Positions 17,682 to 27,260 of a DNA stretch of 64,000 nt are shown here, piece after piece. Position 1 is the stretch's first letter; each line of letters begins with the position of its first letter. A program made the translations under genes and the position numbers. This DNA comes from Candidatus Latescibacterota bacterium (lineage in GTDB: Bacteria; Latescibacterota; UBA2968; GCA-2709665). The notes under the pieces were generated by a model. That model was not told the DNA's origin. It ran no database searches and worked only from the letters and a program-made list of their open reading frames with translations. The stretch spans positions 1 through 64,000 of the forward strand of contig CBDCOX010000002.1 in the NCBI GenBank assembly GCA_965219995.1, read 5' to 3'.

Positions 17682-18830
17682 GTGTCTGCAACATACGACA
17701 TGCTCATCAAGGGCGGTACGGTGATCGACCCGGCGCAGGAACTGCATGCGGTCCGGGACGTGGCCATTGCGGGCGGGCGGATCGCCGCGCTGGACGATGA
17801 GATCTTCGAAGAGACGGCGCAGACCGTGGTCGACGCCTCTGGGTACCTGGTAACGCCCGGCCTGATCGATCTCCACGTTCACGTCTGGTGGGGCGTCTCG
17901 CATTACGGCGTGGAGCCGGACCCCACGTGCCTGGCCAGAGGCGTGACCACCGTGTACGACACCGGTTCCGCGGGCGCCGACACGTTCCCGGGATTCAAGA
18001 AGTACGTGATCGACGCCAGCGCAACGCGAATCAAGGCCTTCCTCCACGTCTCGTCCCAGGGCTTGCTGTCGCCCGATATCGGCGAACTTACCGATCTCCG
18101 GTTTGCGGACGTGGACCGCGCCGTACGGATGTGTAGTGAATACAAAGAAGACATTGTCGGCGTCAAAATCCGGATGACGACGAAACTGGTTGGGGAAAAC
18201 GGCGAAGAGGGGCTGAAGCGGGCGCGGGAGATATCCGACGCCACCGGTCTCCCGCTGATGATTCACCCCAACGCCAGCCCCCTGTCGTTCGATGCAATGA
18301 TCGACGCATTGCGTGCGGGAGATATCGTCACCCACTGCTTTCACCAGAGCGACACCGGCATCCTGGACGATTCAGGCGCGGTCCGTCCCGCCGCGCGAAG
18401 GGCCGCGGAAAACGGGATTCTCTTCGACGTGGGCCACGGCCAGGGCAGCTTTGTGTTCGACGTTGCCGAAGCCGCGATGGCCCAGGACTTCCAGCCGGAC
18501 GCCATTTCGAGCGACCTGCATGTCTACAATCTGAACGGGCCGGTGTTCGACCTCCTCACCACCGTCTCCAAGTTCCTCTTCCTGGGGCTGTCGCTGGATC
18601 AGGCTCTGGAGAAGGTGACGGCGGCCCCGGCGCGCGCCATGGGCGTACTGGGTGAAATCGGCACGCTGCGTCCCGGTTCGGCGGCCGACCTGGCCATCCT
18701 CGAACTCAGTTCGGGCAGTTTCGTTTTCACCGATACAAGCGGCCGGACCCGATCCGCCGAACAGAAACTCGAAGCGGTTTCCACCATCCGCGCCGGCCGC
18801 CTCTACGCGCCGTCGGCGTTCGAAGACTGA
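17682..18830 (+). CDS. Amidohydrolase/deacetylase (dihydroorotase-like) metallohydrolase
   Basis: PGLIDLHVH, GVKIR (carboxylated Lys), H, THC, DVGHG, ISSDLH. Confidence 0.88.
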   Translation: MSATYDMLIKGGTVIDPAQELHAVRDVAIAGGRIAALDDEIFEETAQTVVDASGYLVTPGLIDLHVHVWWGVSHYGVEPDPTCLARGVTTVYDTGSAGADTFPGFKKYVIDASATRIKAFLHVSSQGLLSPDIGELTDLRFADVDRAVRMCSEYKEDIVGVKIRMTTKLVGENGEEGLKRAREISDATGLPLMIHPNASPLSFDAMIDALRAGDIVTHCFHQSDTGILDDSGAVRPAARRAAENGILFDVGHGQGSFVFDVAEAAMAQDFQPDAISSDLHVYNLNGPVFDLLTTVSKFLFLGLSLDQALEKVTAAPARAMGVLGEIGTLRPGSAADLAILELSSGSFVFTDTSGRTRSAEQKLEAVSTIRAGRLYAPSAFED

Positions 18831-18846
18831 CCACGGAGAGCCCCTC

Positions 18847-19629
18847 ATGGATATATTGGTGCTGTGCGACCTCGAAGGCGCCGCCGGCGTTGTCGACTTC
18901 CACACGCAGACCTATGACAACACGCGCTATAACGACCAGGCGAAAAACCTGTCCACCCTTGAAATCAACGCGCTGGTGGACGGCGCAAAGGAGGGCGGCG
19001 CGGACCAGGTCATCGTTCTGGACGGACATGGCAGCGGAGGTATCAACATCGAACTGATCCACTACGACGCGAAGGTGATGTTCGGCCGTCCGCTGGTTTC
19101 CGCCTGGGACCTGGGCATCGACTTCGACGCCATGTTTCTCTACGGCCACCATGCAATGGAAAACACCCCCGCGGGCGTGTTGTGCCACAGCTGGAGCTCG
19201 CGGGCGATTTCCAACTGCTGGCTGAACGGAGAACTCATCGGGGAAATCGGGTTCAACATCGCCCACGCGGGGGAAGCCGGCGTGCCCACTGCGTTTGTCA
19301 GCGGCGACCGGGCTGCCGTCGACGAAACGCGTGAGTACGTGGAAAATATCGAAGGCGTGGTCGTCAAGGAAGGGCTCAGCCGAACCGCGGCGCTTACGCT
19401 GTCTCCCGCAAAGGCCCGGGACCTCATCCGGGAAGGCGCGAAGAGAGCCATGCACCGCATCGAGGAGTTCCTGCCGTACCGCGTTCCGGGCCCCTACACG
19501 TTTGAAACGGAATACAGGGCCGAATCCAGCGCCGCGTCCAAGGCCTCCAGCCCCGGCGTCGAGCGCGTCGATACTCACACCGTCAGAGTAACCGGAGATA
19601 CGCTCGCGGAGATCGCGAACAGGAAATAA
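18847..19629 (+). CDS. M55 family D-aminopeptidase (DppA-like)
   Basis: DLEG, DGHG, GHHA, H, GEIG, SGD motifs. Confidence 0.9.
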   Translation: MDILVLCDLEGAAGVVDFHTQTYDNTRYNDQAKNLSTLEINALVDGAKEGGADQVIVLDGHGSGGINIELIHYDAKVMFGRPLVSAWDLGIDFDAMFLYGHHAMENTPAGVLCHSWSSRAISNCWLNGELIGEIGFNIAHAGEAGVPTAFVSGDRAAVDETREYVENIEGVVVKEGLSRTAALTLSPAKARDLIREGAKRAMHRIEEFLPYRVPGPYTFETEYRAESSAASKASSPGVERVDTHTVRVTGDTLAEIANRK

Positions 19630-19656
19630 CCGCACCGATCATCAAAGGAATCGTGA

Positions 19657-20754
19657 ATGAGCTACTCTCCCGTTGGAATGGAAAAGTGGGACCTGGATAC
19701 GCCGGCGCTGATGCTCGACCTGGACCTTCTGGAGAACAACATCGCCCGGATTGCCGCGCGTTGCAAAGCCTGCGGCGTTCGCTGGCGTCCGCATACCAAG
19801 GGAAACAAGACCCCGGCCATCGCGCACAAACTGCTCGACGCCGGAGCGATCGGCATCACCTGCGCCAAGCTCGGTGAAGCCGAAGTCATGGCCGCGGCGG
19901 GCATCAAGGACATCCTCGTTGCCAACCAGGTCGTGGGCGACAGGAAGATGGCCCGCCTGACCCACCTTCAGCGGCATGCCGACGTCATGGTCGCCGTCGA
20001 TCATCCGGTCCACGTCGACATGATCTCGGAGGCGGCGAAGGCCGTGGGCGTCAACGTGAGGGTGCTGGTTGAACTGGACATCGGGATGGGGCGCTGCGGG
20101 GTAGGCGCGGGGAAGCCCGCCCTGGAACTGGCGCAGCGGGCCGACGCCGCGCCCGGCGTGGCGTTCTCCGGCCTGATGGGGTACGAAGGCCAGGCGATGG
20201 ACCTGCCGGACCCGGAGAAAGCGTCCGTCTGTGCCGAGGCCGTCGCCCTTCTTGCGGGCTCACGCGAGCACATCGAGGCGTCGGGCATCGAATGCCAGAT
20301 CGTCAGCGCCGGCGGGACCGGAACGCTGGCCTTCACGCCGGAGTGCCCGGGCCTCACCGAGATTCAGGCCGGCGGCGGGATCATGATGGACACCCTCTAC
20401 GCCACGTCGATGGGGGTACGGGGGCTGGAACACGCCCTCTCCGTTCTTGCTACGGTGGTGAGCCGCCCAGCTCCCGACCGGGCGTATATCGACGCCGGCC
20501 GAAAAACCACTTCGTCACAGTTCGGTCTGCCCTGGGCGAAGGACAGGGAAGGCATTGATGTTGTCGGCCTGTCTGCGGAACACGGTCATCTGGAGCTGAA
20601 GAATCCCGATCACCCGTTGAAGATCGGGGACAAGATCGAACTCATCTCCGGTTACAGCGACATGACGGTTTTTCTGCACAATGAGATCCACGGCATTCGG
20701 AACGACCGGGTGGAAGCCGTATGGGACATCCTCGGCCGGGGTAAATTGCTATGA
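19657..20754 (+). CDS. Fold-type III PLP enzyme, D-threonine aldolase / D-serine dehydratase (DSD1) family
   Basis: LDTPAL, RPHTK (PLP Lys), GRCG, GYEG, GGTGT, EIQAG, DAGRK, SAEHG. Confidence 0.9.
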   Translation: MSYSPVGMEKWDLDTPALMLDLDLLENNIARIAARCKACGVRWRPHTKGNKTPAIAHKLLDAGAIGITCAKLGEAEVMAAAGIKDILVANQVVGDRKMARLTHLQRHADVMVAVDHPVHVDMISEAAKAVGVNVRVLVELDIGMGRCGVGAGKPALELAQRADAAPGVAFSGLMGYEGQAMDLPDPEKASVCAEAVALLAGSREHIEASGIECQIVSAGGTGTLAFTPECPGLTEIQAGGGIMMDTLYATSMGVRGLEHALSVLATVVSRPAPDRAYIDAGRKTTSSQFGLPWAKDREGIDVVGLSAEHGHLELKNPDHPLKIGDKIELISGYSDMTVFLHNEIHGIRNDRVEAVWDILGRGKLL

Positions 20755-20963
20755 ACGAAGGGGAGCCGCGCGTCGTGGTGGATCAGGCCGGCAACCGCGT
20801 CGGCGTCCTGCTTGACGTCGACGAATACGAACGCCTCGTCAAGGCGTCGGAAATGCTGGAATCCCTCAGGTCACGGGAAGAGGATAAGGGATCCGGTACG
20901 GACTATACCCCCGAAGAGAAAAAACTGATGGAAGACCGGCTCGAGTCTCTGGGCTATCTCTAA
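20751..20963 (+). CDS. Small hypothetical protein ending in RLESLGYL
   Basis: ATGA overlap with the upstream gene; genome-typical codon usage. Confidence 0.75.
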   Translation: MNEGEPRVVVDQAGNRVGVLLDVDEYERLVKASEMLESLRSREEDKGSGTDYTPEEKKLMEDRLESLGYL

Positions 20964-21022
20964 GCGCTCTCGTCTTCCACACTCGACCGACCGCCTCCGG
21001 GCGGCGCGATCGCGCGAGTCCC

Positions 21023-21601
21023 ATGGTCGAATCCGATACGATCGTCGTGGTCTCCGGCCTGCCCAGATCGGGTACGTCGATGATGATGCAAATGCTCGAA
21101 GCCGGCGGCATGGACGTGCTGACGGACGGGCGGAGAACCGCCGACGAAGACAATCTCAAAGGTTATTACGAATTTGAGAAGGTGAAGTCGCTCAAGACGG
21201 ACAATAGCTGGCTGCCGCGGGCGGCGGGCAAGGCCGTCAAGATCATTTCCGAACTGCTGAGGCACCTTCCCGGGACACATTCCTACAGAATCATCTTCAT
21301 GCGACGGGCCATGGAGGAAATCCTCGCCTCTCAGGACCGTATGCTGATCCGGCGCGGCGTGGTGCAGAGCGCGCAGGCGGACCACGAGGAGATCGCCCGC
21401 ATTTTCCGGAAGCATCTTCAGCAGACGGAAACCTGGCTTTCCGGACAACCTTTCATTCAGACCCTCTATTCTGACCATCGACAGGTCCTGGCGAATCCTC
21501 CTCGCGAGGCCGCCCGGATCAACGCCTTTCTGAACAACCGCCTCGACGAAGCGGCCATGGCCGCCGCGATCGATCCTTCTCTCTATCGGCAGCGTCAATA
21601 G
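21023..21601 (+). CDS. PAPS-dependent sulfotransferase family protein
   Basis: 5'-PSB loop VSGLPRSGTS and 3'-PB motif MRRAMEEILAS. Confidence 0.88.
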   Translation: MVESDTIVVVSGLPRSGTSMMMQMLEAGGMDVLTDGRRTADEDNLKGYYEFEKVKSLKTDNSWLPRAAGKAVKIISELLRHLPGTHSYRIIFMRRAMEEILASQDRMLIRRGVVQSAQADHEEIARIFRKHLQQTETWLSGQPFIQTLYSDHRQVLANPPREAARINAFLNNRLDEAAMAAAIDPSLYRQRQ

Positions 21602-21664
21602 AGAAACTGCAAATCTGTATGTGAATACCGAAAGGTGTCCTTTCAGGGCGCCATTTTTTATTGT

Positions 21665-22135
21665 GAGCTATCAGCTATCGGCTTTCAGCAGTCAGCTTGA
21701 ATCAAAGTCGAAAATCAAATTCAAAATTCCCTTTTCCCCAAATCCCCTAAAGGCGGGGAGACGTTAGACGGGAGACGGGAGATGATATCAGTGCCATATG
21801 GTATTTCTTGTCGTTACGATAAAGGTAGAGAAACAGGCACGGTTAGCGTGAAAACACTGTGGTAACGTTATCCTCTACCGTCTCACGTCTACCCTCTTAC
21901 GGCATCTAGAATAGTCGCCGCTGGGCGCGGGGCCTGCCATATGCACAGCGCGAACACCCTCACAGGATGCACGGGATACTCTGGCCTGTCACCCTCAGTA
22001 GCAATTCAAACCGTGTAGCTTGACGGATCAGCGCGCTGTGCTCTGGTAGTTCTCTCGAGAGTCATCGCGCTGGAATCCCTATGGGCTTTCCGTGCGTGCG
22101 GAGCGCTTAGCATTCCGCCTACTGCTGTCAGCCAT
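21665..22135. repeat. Dispersed intergenic element, copy 1 (contains a nested cassette)
   Basis: Colinear blocks shared with 32500-32840, including AAAATCAAATTCAAAA..CCCTTTTCCCCAAAT, a ~60-bp AGTCGCCGCTGGGCGCGGGGCCTGCCA...CACAGGATGCAC block with 2 mismatches, TGCTCTGGTAG and ACTGCTGTCA. Confidence 0.85.
21748..21900. repeat. Cassette bounded by inverted heptamer (NNAGACG) arrays
   Basis: Left end GGAGACG TTAGACG GGAGACG GGAGATG; right end TCTACCG TCTCACG TCTACCC. Confidence 0.75.
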
Positions 22136-22160
22136 AGGCGGGAGAGGACACGAGTGCCTT

Positions 22161-22575
22161 GAAGGCAGTGAGAGGGGAGACGGGAGACGGTAGATGATAA
22201 CCCGCGTCTACGGGACGGCGATGCGGCATTCAGAAATTTACCGACGATTGACGTGCAGACCTCTCCCCCCAACCCCCTCTCCCGGGGGGAAAGGGGGAGC
22301 AAGACCCGGAGACCAACTCTTCGTTGGGACGGTTCGGGAACCGCCCGTGTCATGGGCGAACGGGGGAAAAGCGGGCAACCACAAGGGTTGCCCCTACGAA
22401 TGCAAATTGGACGGGGCGCGTCGAGGGCAGGATGCCCTCGGTCCAGGAAGAGCGGGGAGACGCTAGAGGATGTGATTGCCCGGTGCGGTTTCATTTTGTG
22501 CCGGAGGCACAGAGGAGCAACCAAACGGGCAAAGATGTCATCTACCGTCTTGCGTCTCCCGTCTCACCGCTCTTA
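22161..22575. repeat. Second heptamer-bounded cassette filled with REP-like hairpins
   Basis: Left end 22161-22200; right end 22536-22575 (reverse complement TAAGAGCGGTGAGACGGGAGACGCAAGACGGTAGATGACA). Internal hairpins at 22260-22299, 22323-22347, 22373-22397 and 22422-22440. Confidence 0.75.
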
Positions 22576-22795
22576 TTGCCTGCAATTCGGCCCGAAAAAT
22601 GTCGTTCAGGTTCACAAGTGTGACGATACACAACAGCATCTCCAGCCGAAGGAAATTTATAAAATATTGTTAATAAATAGGTTGTGATTTTGGCACGACG
22701 ATTGCATAGACTTTCCGAAGCACGAGCGATCAACCAATTACGACAACCCATTCTCCACAAGTGAAACCGTTTACCCGGTGGATTCCGGAGCATCC

Positions 22796-24160
22796 GTGAA
22801 AACCCAGTCGAAAATCCAATTCGGCCTGCTTCTGTGCGTTCTCCTCACCGGCTGCGCCACCTATACCCACAACGCCGTCACGTTCAGAAGCAGCCTGGCC
22901 GAAGGACACTACGAAACCGCGCTGCAGACCCTCGGCAAGGCACGGAAGGGCCCCGCGCGCCTGCTCTACCTCATGGAGAACGGCCTCATTGCGCACTACA
23001 GAGGCGAATACCACGCATCCAATCGTTTTTTCGAAGTCGCCGAGCGGCTCTCGGACCGGCTCTTTACGCGCTCGCTGTCGCGGGAGGTTGCCTCGCTGAT
23101 CACCAACGACCAGGTGCGGGCGTATCGTGGCGAAGAGTTCGAACTCGCATTTATCAACTATTACCGGGCGCTCAACTACTGGTATCTGGGGGAACCGGAA
23201 GAGGCGCTGGTGGAGTGCCGCAAGGCCAACCTGAAACTGGACCGCTATGCCGCACAGGCCAACTACGACGCCACGTACCGGAACGATGCCTTTATCCACT
23301 ATATGACCGGTCTGATTTACGAAGCCACGGGTGAACTCAACGACGCTTACGTGTCTTACCGGAACGCACTGGATGCGTACGAGACCTATCAGAATGTCTT
23401 TGGCCTGGAGGCGCCGGCGGCACTCCGGACGGACCTTCGACGGGTCGAGGAAGACCTCGGGTACGTCGAACCCCGGGACGGTCGCGGCGGATCCGCCGAA
23501 ACGGATTCACCCACGGACGGCGAACTCGTTCTCTTCTCGGAAATCGGGTTCGTACCGCACAAAGTCGAGGAGGAGATCAGCCTGCCCATCTACAAGAACG
23601 AGGTCGAGACCGTGTCGAAGAAACGTCTCGACGGAATTTCCCGAGAAATCGCCTACCGCCACTTCAAACCCCACTATGCGGGCAATTCGAAGGTCGAATA
23701 TTGGTTGCGCGTCGCCCTGCCGGCGTACGCGGACGTTGCGCCTGAGACGCAATCCATCTGGCTCAGCGCCGCGGGACGTCACACCGGGACAACCCTCGCG
23801 GAAGACCTTTCCGCCATCGCCTGGCAGTCGTTCCAGGACAAACAGCCCGCAATGCTCGCGCGGACGGTGGGGCGCGGTCTGCTGAAATACATGGCTTCGG
23901 CCAAAGCAAAAAAAGAAAACAAAGTCTTCGGCTTCATTGTCAATCTCTTCGCCGCCGCAACCGAGGCGGCCGATACTCGAAGCTGGGTCTCGCTGCCTCA
24001 CAACGTGCAGATCGGCAGGCTCGCGCTGCCCGCCGGTACTCACACCCTTACGCTGGAGTCCCTCGACAGCCGGGGCCGCGTCATCGAAACCGGAACCATA
24101 ACGGGAATACGCATCCGACCGGGAGCCCGCACGTTCGTGAACTATCGGACGTACAAATAA
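22796..24160 (+). CDS. COG3014-family lipoprotein (TPR-like)
   Basis: Lipobox LTGC; YRGEEFE, ALVECRK, EAADTRSWVSLP motifs; adjacent to LpoB. Confidence 0.82.
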   Translation: MKTQSKIQFGLLLCVLLTGCATYTHNAVTFRSSLAEGHYETALQTLGKARKGPARLLYLMENGLIAHYRGEYHASNRFFEVAERLSDRLFTRSLSREVASLITNDQVRAYRGEEFELAFINYYRALNYWYLGEPEEALVECRKANLKLDRYAAQANYDATYRNDAFIHYMTGLIYEATGELNDAYVSYRNALDAYETYQNVFGLEAPAALRTDLRRVEEDLGYVEPRDGRGGSAETDSPTDGELVLFSEIGFVPHKVEEEISLPIYKNEVETVSKKRLDGISREIAYRHFKPHYAGNSKVEYWLRVALPAYADVAPETQSIWLSAAGRHTGTTLAEDLSAIAWQSFQDKQPAMLARTVGRGLLKYMASAKAKKENKVFGFIVNLFAAATEAADTRSWVSLPHNVQIGRLALPAGTHTLTLESLDSRGRVIETGTITGIRIRPGARTFVNYRTYK

Positions 24161-24186
24161 CCATTGCAGCCGAAAGGAGGAACACC

Positions 24187-24987
24187 ATGAAGCGACTTAT
24201 CGGGATCAGCCTGACCCTGGCCCTCGCGGGGTGGAGCCAGGGGGGATGGACGGCGGAGATCCCCACCCGGGGCGCCGTCATCAATATCGTAACGTGGGAC
24301 GGCAAGAACCTGCCCCCCATCTACGAACGCTCCGACCAGCTACCCCTCACGCTTGAAGACGTCATCAATCTCAGCCGGAACGATTTTGCCGACGAAGCGA
24401 TCAGCAGGATGGTTCAGGAGCGCCGGTTTGCGGGAAACGCTTCGGCCGATGCGTTGATCGAGCTTAAGAAGGCAGGCGTATCGCAGAAGGTCATTCAGTC
24501 GATTTCGCTGCACGCCCTGCCTCCCAACCGCGCGCTGACGCTCGCGATTCAGCTCGAATTCAACGGCCTTTCGCGAGAAGCCCGCAAGCGTTATCTGTAC
24601 GTGATCGTTCCGGACGGCCGGGTCGAGCGCATCTTCACCGCGGACCTGGGCGCCGTACTGGCCGGGAACTGGCGCCGCGACGAGCGGGTGGACCTTACCG
24701 ATCCCCTCCTGCCCAAACAGGTCCGTCGTATCACCTTCGCGGACCGTGTGCCGCTGAAGACCTACGGGCCCAAGACGATGCAGGTGTTCACGTCGACCCG
24801 GCCGGATATCTTCCGGTCTGCCGACATTCCGGAAGCGGACCGCGCCGGCATCCGCGAATTTTCCTTCGAGTATCCTGTGAGCTCGACGCTCCAGGACTGC
24901 CGGCTGCAGGTGCGCTACCGCCAGGACGTCCTGTTGCCCTACAAGTGGCACATGGAAGGCGCCCATTTCCAATGCGAATGGAATTGA
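24187..24987 (+). CDS. Exported hypothetical protein
   Basis: AGGAGG RBS and signal peptide. Short helical repeat (LTLEDVINL...LIELKKAGVS..VI). Confidence 0.75.
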   Translation: MKRLIGISLTLALAGWSQGGWTAEIPTRGAVINIVTWDGKNLPPIYERSDQLPLTLEDVINLSRNDFADEAISRMVQERRFAGNASADALIELKKAGVSQKVIQSISLHALPPNRALTLAIQLEFNGLSREARKRYLYVIVPDGRVERIFTADLGAVLAGNWRRDERVDLTDPLLPKQVRRITFADRVPLKTYGPKTMQVFTSTRPDIFRSADIPEADRAGIREFSFEYPVSSTLQDCRLQVRYRQDVLLPYKWHMEGAHFQCEWN

Positions 24988-25071
24988 TCTCGCAATCCCT
25001 CGTCGCGAACAACCCGCGGGACCATGCAACCACCGACCCCCACCACTCATGACACCAGGAGGAGAATCGCC

Positions 25072-25668
25072 ATGAAACCCGGAACCCTCATCACCCTCGT
25101 CGTCGTCCTCGCGTTCGCCGTCAGCTGCGCGGGACCCAGGGCCTTCACCAAGGGCACGTACGAGGATCCGAACACCATCGCGCTGCTGGATGACCGGTTC
25201 AGCGAAAACGACATGCAACTCATCGCGAAGAAGATGATCCAATCCATGGCCGACAGCGACATCGTCGGGAGCAACGGCGCGCCGGTTGTCATGGTCGGGA
25301 AAATGCGCAACCGCACGTCCGAGCATATCGACATGACGATGCTCTCAGACAAAGTCCGGACTCAGCTGATCCAGAGCGGCAGATTTCGCTTTGCCGACGT
25401 ACAGAATCGACGGGATATCGCCGAGGAGTATGAGTACCAGCAGTCCGGATACGTGGATCCCGCCCAGGCAAAAGGCCCTGGCAGCCAGACGGGCGCGGAG
25501 TATCTGCTGACAGGCACCCTCACCGCCAATGTCCAGCAGGTCGGACGGAACAAATCGGTCTATTATAAGGCCAACTTTCAGCTGACCAATCTGCTCACGT
25601 CGGAGATCGCGTGGACCGACGAGAAAGAGATCCGCAAGGCCTACAAGAAGCGGCACATCGGATTCTGA
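25072..25668 (+). CDS. lpoB: Penicillin-binding protein activator LpoB family lipoprotein
   Basis: Lipobox AVSC; NRTSEHID, LIQSGRFRF, GAEYLLTG, EIAWTDEKEIRK. Confidence 0.85.
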   Translation: MKPGTLITLVVVLAFAVSCAGPRAFTKGTYEDPNTIALLDDRFSENDMQLIAKKMIQSMADSDIVGSNGAPVVMVGKMRNRTSEHIDMTMLSDKVRTQLIQSGRFRFADVQNRRDIAEEYEYQQSGYVDPAQAKGPGSQTGAEYLLTGTLTANVQQVGRNKSVYYKANFQLTNLLTSEIAWTDEKEIRKAYKKRHIGF

Positions 25669-25717
25669 ACCACAGCCGAAGGCTTTTCACCCCAATAACT
25701 CTGAAAGGAAGCGCGCC

Positions 25718-26272
25718 ATGAAAGCTGCAAGCCTCACCATCGTCCTCACCATCTGCGCCGCCCTTTTCTACTCGCCGCTGGATGCCGGGGAGCCCGGCCG
25801 GACCGACGGTCCGGAGGGCAGCGAAGTGGGCTTCGGGGGCTATCCGTTCGGCGGTCCCGAAGGCCGATTCTACGTCAATCCCGCGTTCGGATCGGGCATC
25901 TTCGACCGCAATGCGGACGGCAGCCGCTCCGGCCTGCTATACAGTCTCAATCTGGGTTACGAACGGGACGGCTGGCTGGCATTTGAGGGCGGTTATGCCT
26001 ATCTTTCGGACAGAGAGCTATCGATCTACAGCCTGGGTTCCCGCTTCGACTACAACGCGGACCCCTTTGTCTACTACGTCACCGCGCTGGCGGGACTCTA
26101 CCAGCCTGCCGAAGGCCAGAGTAACTTCGGACTGGCCCCGGGTGCGGGCATCGACATCATTCTGAACGACCGGATTCGCGTGGGCCTCAACTACAAGCGG
26201 GACTTCATTTTTACCGATGAGAGCACCACGAATATCGACCGCTTGTTCGCTGGGCTGAAGTTCTATTTCTGA
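25718..26272 (+). CDS. Small outer-membrane beta-barrel protein
   Basis: Signal peptide, amphipathic strands, C-terminal AGLKFYF beta-signal. Confidence 0.82.
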   Translation: MKAASLTIVLTICAALFYSPLDAGEPGRTDGPEGSEVGFGGYPFGGPEGRFYVNPAFGSGIFDRNADGSRSGLLYSLNLGYERDGWLAFEGGYAYLSDRELSIYSLGSRFDYNADPFVYYVTALAGLYQPAEGQSNFGLAPGAGIDIILNDRIRVGLNYKRDFIFTDESTTNIDRLFAGLKFYF

Positions 26273-26367
26273 GTCATCGCGTCGGACGACCCGCGCGGCG
26301 AAGCATGTCGACGTCGCGCGGGAGCTTTCTGTCCACGCCGGCATATCCTGACCGGGAAGGAGGAACC

Positions 26368-26985
26368 GTGGGTGTATCAACCAGGCCGTGGCTAAGATCC
26401 GTCATGCTGATGGGAAGCGCGATTCTGATGTTCGGATGCAAATTTGACTTTGGATCTCTGGTTGTAAGGTCGCTGCGTCCATTGTATACCGACGAGACCG
26501 TACATCATGACGTGCGTCTCATCGGACGATGGAAAGAGGAGGGCTCGGATGAGATATGGGAATTCTCAAGACCCGAAGGCGAACAGGGGTACACCTGCGT
26601 TGTCCTCCATGGTGACGGCAAGAGGACTGAATTGGAAGCCCATCTCGTGACGATCAAGGGGAATATTTTTCTGGATTTATTCCTCTCCGAGCCGGACTCG
26701 TCGCAGAGTTTTTTCACCCTGATGCATCTTCTACCGGTCCATACGTTCGCATCTGTCGCCAGAATCGATTCGACACTGGGTTTGAAATTTCCGGATCCGG
26801 ACTGGTTGGGAAAGGTGTTAAAGAAAGAGCCCGATACAATTCGACATGAAACACTTGAAGGCAGCGATTACATCCTGAGCGCATCCACCGAAGTGTTGCA
26901 GCAGTTCTGGATGGAACACCTCGACACGGAAGACGCGTTTATGGAACCGATTCAACTTCAGCGGATTGCAGAACATTCACCCTGA
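26368..26985 (+). CDS. Hypothetical lipoprotein
   Basis: AAGGAGG RBS, GTG start, lipobox MFGC, SLRPLYT...RLIGRW motif. Confidence 0.7.
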   Translation: MGVSTRPWLRSVMLMGSAILMFGCKFDFGSLVVRSLRPLYTDETVHHDVRLIGRWKEEGSDEIWEFSRPEGEQGYTCVVLHGDGKRTELEAHLVTIKGNIFLDLFLSEPDSSQSFFTLMHLLPVHTFASVARIDSTLGLKFPDPDWLGKVLKKEPDTIRHETLEGSDYILSASTEVLQQFWMEHLDTEDAFMEPIQLQRIAEHSP

Positions 26986-27117
26986 GGGCGTGCGGACGCT
27001 CGCTGGCGGCGGCATTTCTTCAGCCGTCACTGCCATCGAGGCGAGGAGCACGAGCGCGGTTTCACGGCCGTGAACCGACACCGTCAGGTTGAGGTGAGAC
27101 CAACAGGATCACTATAC

Positions 27118-27150
27118 ACGGGCTGCCCGATTTCACACTCGGCAGCCCGT
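27118..27150. terminator. GC hairpin, probable terminator of the lipoprotein cluster
   Basis: ACGGGCTGCC...GGCAGCCCGT 10-bp stem; weak T-tract. Confidence 0.5.
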
Positions 27151-27260
27151 CTTGCGTGTGGCGTTTCCGTTGCTACGCGTCTGGCGATTCGTTAACTTTG
27201 GACGACCGCGGAAAAGTGCAGGGGAGTAACCGACACGTTCGGCTATTGAGGCTTCGATCC

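Noticed and set aside
22006-22793. ORFs in the 1.2-kb intergenic region
   Set aside because: They translate REP and heptamer repeats; no RBS or domain signal.
26986-27150. Possible 6S RNA or riboswitch (palindrome TTCACGGCCGTGAA at 27061-27074)
   Set aside because: No long closing stem or known aptamer motifs recognised; only a short palindrome and a terminator-like hairpin. An Rfam scan would settle it.
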